A stretch of DNA of 64,000 bases from Bdellovibrio sp. (lineage in GTDB: Bacteria > Bdellovibrionota > Bdellovibrionia > Bdellovibrionales > Bdellovibrionaceae): contig JAKFCY010000003.1 of assembly GCA_036676395.1 (NCBI GenBank), forward strand, positions 288,001 through 352,000, written 5' to 3'. Under the pieces are notes generated by a model, which saw nothing but the letters and a program-made list of their open reading frames with translations, made no database searches and had not been told where the DNA came from. Positions 19,134 to 30,285 of this stretch are shown here, piece by piece. How positions within the stretch are numbered: position 1 is the first letter of the stretch; every line of letters begins with the position of its first letter. Position numbers and translations under genes: made by a program.

Positions 19134-20648
19134 TTAATTATCGAAAATTTCGTATTGTTCTAAGTGGTACGCGGTTTCGATCTTAAAGGCAATCGAATGT
19201 CCAAAGCGCTTTTCCAGGTGTTCCAAAGTTTCATTTTCGACTTCGTAAATCCAATCCACGATTTGGGCGTGGCAATGTACGATTAAATTGCGCTTCGTGT
19301 TTTCTGTCAAACCCACTTCACGTTCGATTTCGCGAAATATTTCATTAGCAATTGTGGCTTTACGTTTAATATATCCCTTACCATCGCAATAAGAGCATGG
19401 TTCGCACAGAGTTTTTACAAGGCTTGGGCGAATACGTTTACGGGTCATTTCGACCAGTCCAAGCTCAGACATAGAGGTCACATTGGTACGTACACGGTCT
19501 TTTTTAAGCTCTTCTTGCATTGCTTGCAGAACTTGTTCACGGTGTGATTCTTTTTCCATGTCGATAAAATCGATAATGATAATACCACCCACGTTACGCA
19601 CGCGCAATTGATGGGCAATCTCTTTAACCGCTTCTAGATTGGTTTTTAAGATGGTGTCTTCTAAATCTTTTTTACCCACGTAGCTTCCGGTATTTACGTC
19701 GACGACAACTAAAGCTTCAGCTTCATCAACAACGATGTAACCACCCGATTTTAACCAAACTTTACGTTCAGTGGCGCGTGAAATATCTAAATCAATATCA
19801 TACAAATCAAAAAGCGGTTTTTTTTCGCCGTAGTGAATAATGTTCTGTTTGTACTTTGGCATTAATTGGGTCACAAACTTTGAAACTTTTTTATAAACTT
19901 CTTCGTCATCAACCCAAACTGTCGTGACGTCTTCGCTCATCAAATCACGTAATGCGCGCAGCTCAACATCAAGCTCTGCATGCACTAAGCCTGCAGTTTT
20001 TTTCTTTTCGTAATTTTTTTGAATTTCTTTTCCTAAACGATCTAAGTATTCAATATCTGAACGAAGGGCTTCTTCGGTCGCACCTTCGGCAGCAGTTCTT
20101 ACGATCACGCCCCCGTTAGGATTAATTTTTTGCACTAGCCTTTTAAGGCGTTCTTTTTCATTTTCTTCTTCGATTTTGCGCGAAATACCAATGTGTTTTA
20201 CATACGGCATGTACACGATACCACGACCTGGTAACGAAATATGTGTCGTGATACGGGCGCCTTTTGTTCCCAATGGATCTTTTGCCACTTGCACCATAAG
20301 ATGTTGGCCTTCTTTAATTAAATCCTGAATGGGAGTTTTAATATCACGGCTTGATCTGTAGTCCTGATTGTCGTCTTGAGGCTTATGATCATCGTCATCA
20401 GCAAAAAATTCTTTGCCTTCTTCAGTTAAGATATCTCCCACATACAAAAAGGCTGCTTTCTCTAGACCAATGTCGACGAAAGCCGCTTGCATGCCCGGAA
20501 GTACTCTAGTTACGATCCCACGGTGAACAGTCCCGACCCAGGTCGGTGAAGACTTACGTTCAACTTTTAAATCCATCAAAATCCCAGACTCGACATAGGC
20601 CACGCGTGTTTCTAACGGTCGAACATTAATTAGAATTTCTGCTGCCAT
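19134..20648 (-). CDS. rng: Ribonuclease G (Rne/Rng family)
   Basis: VLPGMQAAFVDIG, KGARITT, VDVNTG, GGIIIIDFIDM. Confidence 0.95.
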   Translation of the reverse strand: MAAEILINVRPLETRVAYVESGILMDLKVERKSSPTWVGTVHRGIVTRVLPGMQAAFVDIGLEKAAFLYVGDILTEEGKEFFADDDDHKPQDDNQDYRSSRDIKTPIQDLIKEGQHLMVQVAKDPLGTKGARITTHISLPGRGIVYMPYVKHIGISRKIEEENEKERLKRLVQKINPNGGVIVRTAAEGATEEALRSDIEYLDRLGKEIQKNYEKKKTAGLVHAELDVELRALRDLMSEDVTTVWVDDEEVYKKVSKFVTQLMPKYKQNIIHYGEKKPLFDLYDIDLDISRATERKVWLKSGGYIVVDEAEALVVVDVNTGSYVGKKDLEDTILKTNLEAVKEIAHQLRVRNVGGIIIIDFIDMEKESHREQVLQAMQEELKKDRVRTNVTSMSELGLVEMTRKRIRPSLVKTLCEPCSYCDGKGYIKRKATIANEIFREIEREVGLTENTKRNLIVHCHAQIVDWIYEVENETLEHLEKRFGHSIAFKIETAYHLEQYEIFDN

Positions 20649-20675
20649 ATTGGGACTCCTAGACGATTCGCTTGT

Positions 20676-20702
20676 TAACTTATCTGACAGTTTTACCGAA
20701 TA
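20676..20702 (+). promoter_or_regulatory. Putative sigma28 promoter of pilT
   Basis: TAAC-N15-ACCGAATA. Confidence 0.55.
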
Positions 20703-20733
20703 TTAGTTTGTTAAGCAATGCGAGGATAAAACA

Positions 20734-21810
20734 ATGGCTACAATTGACGATCTATTTCGATTAATGGTTGAGCAAAAAGCATCGGATTTGCACGTGACGA
20801 GCGGCGCACCTCCCTATCTTCGCGTTCACGGGATGATGTCTCCACTGAATTACAGACAATTGACAAGCCAAGACGTACAAGGCTTGATCTTTGAAATCCT
20901 AAATGAAAAACAAAAAAAGGCCTTCGTTGAAAAATGGGAGCTCGATTTTGCTTACGTATTAGAAGGTGTGGGGCGTTTTCGTTGTAACATCTTCATGCAG
21001 CGTAAAGGTTTAGGCGCTGTGTTCCGTACGATTCCTGAAAAAATTAAATCTGCGACAGAGTTAAACTTGCCGCAAACGATTGTTGATCTGGTTGAACATG
21101 ACCGCGGACTTGTACTAGTTACCGGCCCAACAGGTTCGGGTAAATCGACGACTTTAGCTGCGATGATTCAACATATCAATGCGACACGTGAAGCGCATAT
21201 TATTACAGTTGAAGATCCGATCGAGTTTGTGCACCCAAATTTAAAATCATTAGTGAATCAACGTGAGGTTGGCGCACATACAAAGTCTTTCTCGAATGCT
21301 TTAAAAGCCAGCTTACGTGAAGATCCAGATATTATTCTGGTGGGAGAGCTACGTGATTTAGAAACTATTTCTTTAGCTTTAACTGCTGCAGAAACTGGTC
21401 ACTTAGTTTTCGGAACACTTCATACAAATTCAGCTGTAAAAACAATCGATCGTATTATTGACGTTTTTCCGGCAGGCCAACAGAGCCAAATTCGAGCGAT
21501 GTTAGCAGAATCTTTACGTGGGGTTGTGGCCCAGTCGTTATTTACCCGCGCCGATAAAATGGGACGCGTTGCCGCTTTTGAAGTCATGAAAGGCACGCGC
21601 GCCGTTGCGAATTTAATTCGTGAAGGTAAAAATCATCAAATTGCTTCTATTATCCAAACTAGTGCCGCTCAAGGGATGATGTTATTTGAAAAATCACTGG
21701 ATGACCTTGTTAAAAAAGGTCAGATCACTGCTGCCGATGCGAACTCTTTCTTAGGTAAAGAACCAGGAGCGGGCCTGCAAGGCGGCCCATCTGGAAAAAA
21801 AGTTGCCTAA
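20734..21810 (+). CDS. pilT: Type IV pilus retraction ATPase
   Basis: ASDLH, GPTGSGKST, EDPIEF, LREDPD, GTLHT, ANLIRE. Confidence 0.95.
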   Translation: MATIDDLFRLMVEQKASDLHVTSGAPPYLRVHGMMSPLNYRQLTSQDVQGLIFEILNEKQKKAFVEKWELDFAYVLEGVGRFRCNIFMQRKGLGAVFRTIPEKIKSATELNLPQTIVDLVEHDRGLVLVTGPTGSGKSTTLAAMIQHINATREAHIITVEDPIEFVHPNLKSLVNQREVGAHTKSFSNALKASLREDPDIILVGELRDLETISLALTAAETGHLVFGTLHTNSAVKTIDRIIDVFPAGQQSQIRAMLAESLRGVVAQSLFTRADKMGRVAAFEVMKGTRAVANLIREGKNHQIASIIQTSAAQGMMLFEKSLDDLVKKGQITAADANSFLGKEPGAGLQGGPSGKKVA

Positions 21811-21837
21811 CTCTTAGATCGGATGTCAAATTGAACC

Positions 21838-22545
21838 ATGACATCCGACACTAAAAATTTATCTCCAGAAGACATTGCCCAATACATCGATCACACGTTG
21901 TTAAAACCTGAAGCTACACGTGCGCAAATTCAAAAACTTTGCGAAGAAGCTTTAACTCACCGTTTTTATGCGGTTTGCGTAAACTCATCGATGATTTCTG
22001 TGTGCAAAGAAATTTTAAAAAATAGTTCTGTTAAAATCGCTGCCGTAATTGGTTTTCCTTTAGGCGTTTGCGATACTTCAACGAAAGTATTTGAAACTAC
22101 GCGCGCCCTAAACTTGGGTGCCACTGAAATTGATATGGTTGTACACTTGGGCGCTGTAAAATCACAAGACTGGGCATATATCGAAAAAGATATTAAAGAA
22201 GTTGTCTTAGCGGCACAGGGTCATCCGGTAAAAGTTATTTTAGAAACTCACATGTTAACTCAGGATGAAAAACAAAAAGTTTGTGAAATTAGTTTGTTGG
22301 TCGGCGCACACTTTGTAAAAACAGCAACAGGATTTACCGGCGGTGGTGCTACGGTGGAAGATGTCACTTTAATGAAATCCATTGTACAAAATAAAGCGCA
22401 AGTTAAAGCCAGTGGCGGCGTGCGTGACTTTGCTACGGCTGTAAAAATGATTCAGGCAGGAGCAACGCGTATCGGAACTAGTTCTGGTGTGGCGATTGTG
22501 ACAGCTGGCAAAGCCAACAATGAATCTGGAAAAACAGGTTACTAA
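21838..22545 (+). CDS. deoC: Deoxyribose-phosphate aldolase
   Basis: IDHTLLKP, GFPLG, KVILET, VKASGGVR, RIGTS. Confidence 0.97.
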   Translation: MTSDTKNLSPEDIAQYIDHTLLKPEATRAQIQKLCEEALTHRFYAVCVNSSMISVCKEILKNSSVKIAAVIGFPLGVCDTSTKVFETTRALNLGATEIDMVVHLGAVKSQDWAYIEKDIKEVVLAAQGHPVKVILETHMLTQDEKQKVCEISLLVGAHFVKTATGFTGGGATVEDVTLMKSIVQNKAQVKASGGVRDFATAVKMIQAGATRIGTSSGVAIVTAGKANNESGKTGY

Positions 22546-23858
22546 TGCTACCTGCAGAAATAATTAAGAAAAAAAGAAATGGCTTTGAGTTAACTGAAAA
22601 AGAAATTTCAGATTTTATTTTAGGTTACACACATGGAACAGTTCCAGATTATCAAATGTCAGCTTTGTTAATGGCGATTTATTTTAAAGGCATGACAACT
22701 TCTGAAACATTATCGTTAACAAGAACTATGTTACATTCAGGCATCGTAGTTGATACTTCATCTATTCCCGGCTTTAAAGTTGATAAACATTCAACTGGTG
22801 GCGTTGGCGATAAAACTAGTTTGATCTTAGGCCCGGTAGCAGCAGCTTGCGGCGTGTACGTACCGATGATTTCAGGACGCGGTCTTGGTCACACTGGCGG
22901 AACACTCGATAAGTTAGAATCCATTCCCGGATTTAACACCCAACAAAGTTTAGAAAATTTTATTCGTATTACAAAAGAGCTTGGTACTTGTTTTATCGGT
23001 CAAACCAAAGACATCTGCCCTGCAGATAAAAAAATCTATGCCCTTCGTGATGTCACAGCCACTGTTGAAAGTTACCCATTAATTTGTGCCAGTATCATGT
23101 CGAAAAAAATTGCTGAAGGCATTGATGGTTTAGTTCTAGATGTAAAGTTTGGAACTGGCGCTTTTATGAAAACTGCAGAAAATGCACATGAACTAGCACG
23201 TAAGTTAATGGCGATCGGTGAAGGCTACGGCAAAAAAGTTGTATCATTAGTCACTTCGATGGATCAACCGCTTGGTCGCTTCGCTGGTAACGCCTGGGAA
23301 GTCTTTGAGTGTGTTGAGATCATGAAAAATAAAAAACATCTCGGCGTCGATGGCCATGATATGTATGAAGACACACGCGAACTTTCATTACAGCTTTCTG
23401 CCCATATGATCCATTTATCAGGAAAAACCAATTCGGTTGAAGATGCTTATGCACTAGCGCTAGATGCTTTAGTTTCTGGTCGCGCTTTAGAAATTTTTGA
23501 TAAGATGTGTGGAAAACAAGGTGGAAATCTAGCGAACCTTAGTTTTTCAAAAAAACAATTTCCGGTCGTTGCTACAGCTAGTGGTTTTGTTTCTGCCTTT
23601 AATGTAGAAAAAGTGGGAATCGCCGGCATCGTGCTTAAGGCCGGCCGCAGAATCACAGAAGATGTGATTGATCCATTAACTGGTATTGAGTTTCATAAAA
23701 AAACCGGCGATCCAATTAAAACTGGTGAAACATTATTTACAATTCACTGTGATAACGAATCATTAGTTGCTGAAACCACAAAATTTTTAAATGAAGCTGT
23801 TACCATCTCTACACAAAAACCTAATCAACATAAATTAATTAAAGAGGTTCTATTATGA
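22545..23858 (+). CDS. pdp: Pyrimidine-nucleoside/thymidine phosphorylase
   Basis: DKHSTGGVGDK, SGRGLGHTGGT, SIMSKK. Confidence 0.93.
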   Translation: MLPAEIIKKKRNGFELTEKEISDFILGYTHGTVPDYQMSALLMAIYFKGMTTSETLSLTRTMLHSGIVVDTSSIPGFKVDKHSTGGVGDKTSLILGPVAAACGVYVPMISGRGLGHTGGTLDKLESIPGFNTQQSLENFIRITKELGTCFIGQTKDICPADKKIYALRDVTATVESYPLICASIMSKKIAEGIDGLVLDVKFGTGAFMKTAENAHELARKLMAIGEGYGKKVVSLVTSMDQPLGRFAGNAWEVFECVEIMKNKKHLGVDGHDMYEDTRELSLQLSAHMIHLSGKTNSVEDAYALALDALVSGRALEIFDKMCGKQGGNLANLSFSKKQFPVVATASGFVSAFNVEKVGIAGIVLKAGRRITEDVIDPLTGIEFHKKTGDPIKTGETLFTIHCDNESLVAETTKFLNEAVTISTQKPNQHKLIKEVLL

Positions 23859-24685
23859 TGAACAATAATAATGTGGTTCAAAATATCACTGATGCTGTTA
23901 CTTACATTAAAAGCCAATCAAAAGTTAAACCGCGTATCGGTATTATTTTAGGTTCAGGACTAGGGCACTTCGTTCAGACTATGAATGTTGAAACGACTTT
24001 TCCGTTTAATGCTATTCCTAATTTTATTCCGACAACTGTTGAAGGCCACTCAGGCAATTTAATCTTAGGTGATATTGATGGTACACCCTTAGTTGTTTTA
24101 CAAGGACGCCTACATTATTATGAAGGCCATGATATGAACACGGTGGTTTTTCCGACACGTGTAATGGCGGCATTAGGTATAGAAATTTTAATCGTTACAA
24201 ATTCTGCCGGTGGTTATGGTGATGGTATGAATGCCGGTGATTTTATGGTGATCGAAGATCACATTAACATGATGGGCACTAATCCACTAATGGGCCCGAA
24301 TATTAAGGCTCTAGGGCCTCGTTTTCCAGATATGACTCAAGCTTACGACAAAGAACTTTTAGCAAAAGCTGAAACTGTTCTGCGCTCACAAAAAGTTTTC
24401 TTTCATAAAGGAATTTATATCGGCGTAACTGGTCCAACTTATGAAACACCTTCTGAAATTCGCATGTTTAAAGGTATGGGCGGAAAAGCAGTAGGTATGT
24501 CGACAGTTCCTGAAGTGATTGCGGCGAACCACATGGGAATTCGCGTAGCAGCCATTAGCTGTATCACGAATTTAGCTGCTGGTATCAGTGCGCATAAACT
24601 TACTCATGATGAAGTAACAGTAACCGCAAAAAGAGTTGAAAAATCTTTTTGCGATTTCTTAAAAGAATTTATCTCTAAGATCTAA
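23855..24685 (+). CDS. punA: Purine-nucleoside phosphorylase (trimeric, family 2)
   Basis: [29 protein letters not shown]. Confidence 0.93.
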   Translation: MMNNNNVVQNITDAVTYIKSQSKVKPRIGIILGSGLGHFVQTMNVETTFPFNAIPNFIPTTVEGHSGNLILGDIDGTPLVVLQGRLHYYEGHDMNTVVFPTRVMAALGIEILIVTNSAGGYGDGMNAGDFMVIEDHINMMGTNPLMGPNIKALGPRFPDMTQAYDKELLAKAETVLRSQKVFFHKGIYIGVTGPTYETPSEIRMFKGMGGKAVGMSTVPEVIAANHMGIRVAAISCITNLAAGISAHKLTHDEVTVTAKRVEKSFCDFLKEFISKI

Positions 24686-26070
24686 AACAACGCGTTCTTA
24701 GGCGTTCTTGGGAATGGGATGACATCACGGATGTTTCCCATACCTGTGACATACATCAACATACGTTCAAAGCCTAAGCCATAGCCCGAATGCGGGAACG
24801 TGCCGTAGCGACGTAAATCTGTGTAGAATGTATAGTCTTTAGGTTCTAAACCGACTTTTTTCATCTGGATTTCCAGTAACTCAAGATTATCTTCACGTTG
24901 CGAGCCGCCGATCATTTCACCAATGCCAGGAACTAAAAGATCCATAGCGCGAACGGTTTTTTGATCTGGATTTAGCTTCATGTAAAAAGCTTTAATTTCT
25001 TTTGGGTAGTCCGTTAAGAAAACTGGTTTTTTAAAATGTTCTTCGGCTAAATATCTTTCGTGCTCAGATTGCAAATCCGTACCCCATTTAACCGGGTATT
25101 CGAATTTTTTACCTGACTTCATTAATATATCTACGCCTTCTGTGTATGTTAAGCGTCCGAATTCGTTATTTAAAACGTTATTCAATTTATCGAATAATCC
25201 TTTTTCAACGAATTGGTTGAAAAATGCCATTTCTTCAGGGCATTGCTCCATCACGTATTTAATAATGTATTTTACCATCTCTTCAGCGATATCCATATTA
25301 GCTGATAAATCTGCAAACGCCATTTCTGGTTCGATCATCCAAAATTCTGCAGCATGACGAGAAGTATTTGAATTTTCGGCACGAAATGTTGGACCAAAAG
25401 TATAGATGTTACCAAACGCTGCCGCGAAGGTTTCACCGTTTAGCTGACCACTTACCGTTAAGCTTGTTGTCTTACCGAAAAAATCTTGGCTAGCATCAAT
25501 GTGCCCATCTGCCGTGCGTGGAAGCTTATCTAAATTCATTGTTGTTACGCGAAACATTTCTCCGGCGCCTTCAGCATCAGATCCGGTGATGATCGGCGTA
25601 TGCACAAGCACGAAATTTTTTTCCTGAAAAAATTTATTGATTGCAAACGCTAATACCGAACGCACACGGAAAACTGCAGAGAATGTATTTGAGCGCGGGC
25701 GTAAATGAGCAATCTCGCGCAAAAATTCCATACTGTGACGTTTATTTTGTAGCGGGTAATCAGCATCGGCTTTTTGAAAGATTTCAACTGTTGATGCTTT
25801 CACCTCAAAAGTTTGACCGGCACCTTCTGATTTAACAACCGTACCAACAACTTGAATAGAGCTGGCAATTGAAAGTTTAGTTACATCAGCGAAATTCGAA
25901 AGGCTTTCATCAAAAACAATTTGCACGCCATTAAAAAAGCTTCCGTCATTAAGTTCGATAAAACCAAAACTTTTTTGATCCCGAATTTTTCTAACCCAAC
26001 CGGCTAGCTGGACTTGTTGACCAATTAATTTATCACTCTCTTTAAACAAATTACGCACTGTTTTTTTCAT
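24682..26070 (-). CDS. asnS: Asparagine--tRNA ligase
   Basis: [40 protein letters not shown]. Confidence 0.98.
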   Translation of the reverse strand: MKKTVRNLFKESDKLIGQQVQLAGWVRKIRDQKSFGFIELNDGSFFNGVQIVFDESLSNFADVTKLSIASSIQVVGTVVKSEGAGQTFEVKASTVEIFQKADADYPLQNKRHSMEFLREIAHLRPRSNTFSAVFRVRSVLAFAINKFFQEKNFVLVHTPIITGSDAEGAGEMFRVTTMNLDKLPRTADGHIDASQDFFGKTTSLTVSGQLNGETFAAAFGNIYTFGPTFRAENSNTSRHAAEFWMIEPEMAFADLSANMDIAEEMVKYIIKYVMEQCPEEMAFFNQFVEKGLFDKLNNVLNNEFGRLTYTEGVDILMKSGKKFEYPVKWGTDLQSEHERYLAEEHFKKPVFLTDYPKEIKAFYMKLNPDQKTVRAMDLLVPGIGEMIGGSQREDNLELLEIQMKKVGLEPKDYTFYTDLRRYGTFPHSGYGLGFERMLMYVTGMGNIRDVIPFPRTPKNALF

Positions 26071-26298
26071 GCAAGTAACATATCTGATTTACAGGGCGGA
26101 AGCAACAGCCCAAACAAACACTTATAGTTAAACTAAAGGCCGCTTTTAGCTCGCTAAATCATATAAAAAAAGTGGGGTTTTTTTGGTCCAGATTTTCTCA
26201 AAATCGAACGAGCAAGACTTGGTTATGTTTCGCATTTAACCGAAAGGTTCTTAGAAGGTCATCACAAGTAGAGCGGGAATGTACTTGCTGATGCAGAA

Positions 26299-27483
26299 AT
26301 GAGAACAATGCGTAACAATTTACAGATATTTTTATTAGCCCTAGGTCTAGTAATTTTAACCGGTTGCAATAACGGCAAAACGAAAGAATCTGTATTCTCA
26401 GAAAACGCACAATCTTACTGTGAAACTAACACTTTAAAAAATCGCTATGTCGTTCAATGGGAAGATGGCTCAATCACTGTTGAAAAAAGTAAAAACGGTC
26501 AATCTGATGACGAATTCAGAGAAACATTTGTTAAAGATAATTTAGCGTTAATTAAACACGTTGATCGCGATTTTCAAATTCGTGTTCGTCCGATGGCAAA
26601 ATCATCTGATGTACAAGCTTCGGCTACTAATCTAAGTTGGGGCCCAGAACGCATGCAAGCTGATCTTGTATGGGCGCAAGGCTACAAAGGCCAAGGCGTA
26701 AAGGTCGGCGTTGTTGACGGCATGGTTGATCCGTCACATGTGCAACTTTCTAATAGCGTCATTTCAGCAGAGCAATTTAATAATGAAGTAAATGATCCCA
26801 ATTTAAATATTCACGGTACACATGTGGCAGGTATTATAGCTGCTGATCCAAATCTTGGCCCCGTGGGCGGAGTAGCTCCGTCAGCGAAAATTCTTTCGGG
26901 ACAGTTTATCAGCAATGCTGGTGGCGGCTCTTTAGGTGAGGCCATCTTAGCGATGAATTCTGTGGCTAACAAAGGCGCAAAAATTATCAATATGTCTTGG
27001 GGTGGTGCAGGTTGCGTAACCTCATTAAAAGACGCTGTTGAATCTTTATCTAATCGCGGGATTTTAATTGTAACTGCCGCAGGTAATGAAGGTGTAAATT
27101 CTGATTATTCACCGGACTATCCAGCTGCCTTTCGTTTAGCGAATCAAATTAATGTAGCTGCGACGACAATTGATGACCGCTTTATTTCATTTTCAAATCG
27201 CGGCATTCACACTGTGAATGTCGGAGCACCTGGTGTTTCGATTTATTCGACGATTCCGGGTAATCGTATTGATGATATGGATGGCACGAGCATGGCTGCA
27301 CCAATGGTCTCTGGAGCAGCAGCTTTATTATGGAGTGCTGTGCCCGCCGCGACTGCACAACAGATCAAACAGGCGATTTTTTCTTCGGTGGATGTGTATC
27401 CTGAATACCAAGTTAGCACACGTGGCCGTGTTAATGTGAAAAAAGCTTTAGATGCGTTACGTGCGATGCTATCATCGCAGTAA
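26299..27483 (+). CDS. Subtilisin-like S8 serine protease, lipoprotein
   Basis: Lipobox LTGC; triad VGVVD, HGTHVAG, GTSMAAP. Confidence 0.95.
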   Translation: MRTMRNNLQIFLLALGLVILTGCNNGKTKESVFSENAQSYCETNTLKNRYVVQWEDGSITVEKSKNGQSDDEFRETFVKDNLALIKHVDRDFQIRVRPMAKSSDVQASATNLSWGPERMQADLVWAQGYKGQGVKVGVVDGMVDPSHVQLSNSVISAEQFNNEVNDPNLNIHGTHVAGIIAADPNLGPVGGVAPSAKILSGQFISNAGGGSLGEAILAMNSVANKGAKIINMSWGGAGCVTSLKDAVESLSNRGILIVTAAGNEGVNSDYSPDYPAAFRLANQINVAATTIDDRFISFSNRGIHTVNVGAPGVSIYSTIPGNRIDDMDGTSMAAPMVSGAAALLWSAVPAATAQQIKQAIFSSVDVYPEYQVSTRGRVNVKKALDALRAMLSSQ

Positions 27484-28767
27484 ATGCGCGCTAAGTTTAC
27501 TCAATTACTTTTCATTCTTTTTTTTAGTTACCCCTGTTGGGCTTTAGATTTTGATTCAAAAACTGAAGTCTTTCTTGCTGGAAATTCATACTTAACTGAA
27601 TCAGAGTTCGCAGAGAAAAACCAAGTTCTGTATTTTTTAACCAGCGATAATAAAATTAAGCTCAATTCAAAATATGAATTTGCCTTGTCACCTGAAATTT
27701 ATTTTTTAGATAATCAAAAAAAAGAACATAAAGATAAGGCCTTTGTCGATGCCAAAGAACTGGGTTTAAATTATTTTGGTTCAAAATTAAGTTGGACGCT
27801 TGGATTTTTTCAGATGAAAAAAGAGGGCCCTGATGTTTTAGATCCACTGGATTATCAACAGCCAAAAAACTATCTTGATCCTCTACATGCGGGAAAGCTC
27901 TCATTACTCGGAGTAAAAGCAGAACTTGCAGTAAATAATTACCTGACATTCGAAGTGGGTTTTACACCGCAAAATCGTATTCCTGTAATTCCGCAAGAAA
28001 GTTCTGCGTGGTATCCGCGCGAAGGCATTTTGCCTACTGAATCTGACAGCTATTCAATAACTCTTCCTGAAAATCCTGATTACCGCATCAACAATCAAGA
28101 ACGCTCAAAAAATGATTTAAAAAATAATTATATTTTCAAAACAAAGATTACAACCTCTTACACTGATATTGTTTTACAGGTGGCAGAAACCCTTACGAGT
28201 TCTCCTGATATTTCACCGACTTTAACTGGTAATTTAATTTCGGCGTCTCCTGTTTTCACTATTGAGCTGACAAATCCGATTGAATTAGATGTACGCTGGA
28301 AAAAGGTAAAAAACTATGGCGGTGGGTTTAATCTTCCGCTGGAATCATTAGGTTTAATTATTAAAATATTTTCTAATCAGGAAATCAGTGAAAGTAAAAA
28401 AACACTGATGACCACAGTAGCCTTTGAAAAAACATTCGGACAGCTGATCGCGATCTTAGAAACCACAAGCCAACAAATTAATAGTCGTGTCGATAACAGC
28501 AACTTATCAACGATGACTAATCTGTATAAAAATGCACAGGCCTTGGGGCTTCGTTACGCGCCTAATGATAAATTTAGCTTATTGGCCGGTGGCTTATATG
28601 ATTCTGCACAAGGGTCATATGTCGGCACGCTACGCCCGAAATACTTATTCACACAAAATGCCTATGTCGAGTTACAATTGATTGCCGTGGGTGGCAAAGA
28701 AGGCTCACTTCTTTCGTATTTTGATAAAGCCGATTCGGCTTCACTAAAAATTGGCACTAGTTTCTAG
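27484..28767 (+). CDS. Putative outer-membrane beta-barrel protein
   Basis: Signal peptide, amphipathic beta strands, terminal Phe (LKIGTSF); ATG directly follows the protease stop. Confidence 0.65.
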   Translation: MRAKFTQLLFILFFSYPCWALDFDSKTEVFLAGNSYLTESEFAEKNQVLYFLTSDNKIKLNSKYEFALSPEIYFLDNQKKEHKDKAFVDAKELGLNYFGSKLSWTLGFFQMKKEGPDVLDPLDYQQPKNYLDPLHAGKLSLLGVKAELAVNNYLTFEVGFTPQNRIPVIPQESSAWYPREGILPTESDSYSITLPENPDYRINNQERSKNDLKNNYIFKTKITTSYTDIVLQVAETLTSSPDISPTLTGNLISASPVFTIELTNPIELDVRWKKVKNYGGGFNLPLESLGLIIKIFSNQEISESKKTLMTTVAFEKTFGQLIAILETTSQQINSRVDNSNLSTMTNLYKNAQALGLRYAPNDKFSLLAGGLYDSAQGSYVGTLRPKYLFTQNAYVELQLIAVGGKEGSLLSYFDKADSASLKIGTSF

Positions 28768-30242
28768 TCGATCAAACCCAATTCAAAATACAATTTATTA
28801 TCTTTGCTATAATAAATCTTTTTAAGCTGTGCAGAAGCTGTGCTCGTTAATTTTAAAACACTTAAGTTCGCTGTTGCCCAGTTATCACTGAAAAACTTTT
28901 TTGCTGTGGTATCAACGATGCCTGTCGAAATACGCTTTGAACAATCATGGCGATCAAGATAACCCGCATCCCATACCGCGCCCGTTTTAAGTGAAGAAAT
29001 CTTTGTTTGCACTTTGGCTGCATCTGCTATGTTTGAAACCGCTGCCAGATTTGTGCGTAGGTACACCATCGCTTCATTACGCTCCATGACCCAAATACCT
29101 GCTATAGCTGTGATATTAAGGGCATTCACATAACTATCAGGTTTTAATACGATATTCAGCGATTCTAACACGGGCCTAAGAATTAATTCTTGCCCCTTGG
29201 GTATTTTCATCAAGGCAGGCCAAACAAAAAACTGCTTAAAGCGAGATCGTGTAAGTTTATCTAATTCAGAGATACTTTTTGATGAGTATGCAAGTTTTGC
29301 TAACTTTGCCGTTAAACCTTGTTTTAAAAATTCTTGCAGTTCTGTTTTATCGACAATCATCGCCCCATCTGAATTCAGTGTATAATTTGTCACTGCAGTA
29401 AAAGTAATATCAGGATTATTTAAAGAAAATCCGATATCAATATAGTTTTCATTTACCTGCAATAAACTAAATAATGGCGCAGATAACCCCTCAACAGTTA
29501 AGACTTGGTCTTTAATTGCTTTTTCTGCTTTGGCAGCATACTTCTGCAGCTGAACTGCTAACATTGAATTAATTTTTTCTAATAATACGGGTTTGTAAAA
29601 ATCAATGCGCGCAAATTGCTGTAAAATTTCATCAGCTACAAGATCTTCAAAGCCCGAGATATTATCGCATTTAAAATTTTGCACCGTTAATTTGGGCGCG
29701 CCTATGTTGATATCTGTAACCGTTGCTGACATGTCAACATGATCTGCCTTCGCAGAACCGGCAATTCCTGCTCGCACACTAATAGCATCTGTTGCAGTGA
29801 TCAATTTGATATTTTCACAAGATGATTTCACATGAACTTTTAAAATAACGCCGTTAATTTCTTTCACTAAATATGTGTCAATCGCAATTTTTGGAACCGT
29901 GATTTCAAGCTTCGGTGCAACTAGCGCGAAATCAATATTGTTATTTTGAATTGGATTAAAGTTAACTGTTTGCCAGTCTAAATTATATTCAATGTTGTTC
30001 ACAGAAATGGGAATCAAAGATGTGAATGATAATGGCTTTTCATACACACCCTTAAGGGGTTTTTTCTGGACTATTAAATTTTCTAGTGTCTGTTTAAGCT
30101 TTGTTGTTGAAATAAGAAAATGCCCCGAGAGTTTTTGGGCGTGAGTACTTACCGAAAACAATAAAACAAAAATTATTGATAATGCTCTACATGTTTTTTG
30201 TTTTTCGTCCGATAAAAATAAACAGTCCTTGTTTTGTAGCAT
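28764..30242 (-). CDS. Secreted hypothetical protein, possibly BPI/LBP (TULIP)-like
   Basis: Start ATG 30242 with GAGGGA SD; signal peptide ending THA-Q; two beta-rich halves each with long helices. Fold is inferred only. Confidence 0.55.
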   Translation of the reverse strand: MLQNKDCLFLSDEKQKTCRALSIIFVLLFSVSTHAQKLSGHFLISTTKLKQTLENLIVQKKPLKGVYEKPLSFTSLIPISVNNIEYNLDWQTVNFNPIQNNNIDFALVAPKLEITVPKIAIDTYLVKEINGVILKVHVKSSCENIKLITATDAISVRAGIAGSAKADHVDMSATVTDINIGAPKLTVQNFKCDNISGFEDLVADEILQQFARIDFYKPVLLEKINSMLAVQLQKYAAKAEKAIKDQVLTVEGLSAPLFSLLQVNENYIDIGFSLNNPDITFTAVTNYTLNSDGAMIVDKTELQEFLKQGLTAKLAKLAYSSKSISELDKLTRSRFKQFFVWPALMKIPKGQELILRPVLESLNIVLKPDSYVNALNITAIAGIWVMERNEAMVYLRTNLAAVSNIADAAKVQTKISSLKTGAVWDAGYLDRHDCSKRISTGIVDTTAKKFFSDNWATANLSVLKLTSTASAQLKKIYYSKDNKLYFELGLID

Positions 30243-30285
30243 GTGAATCCCTCGTGGATAAACTATTCGGTAGAAAGAAATATTA

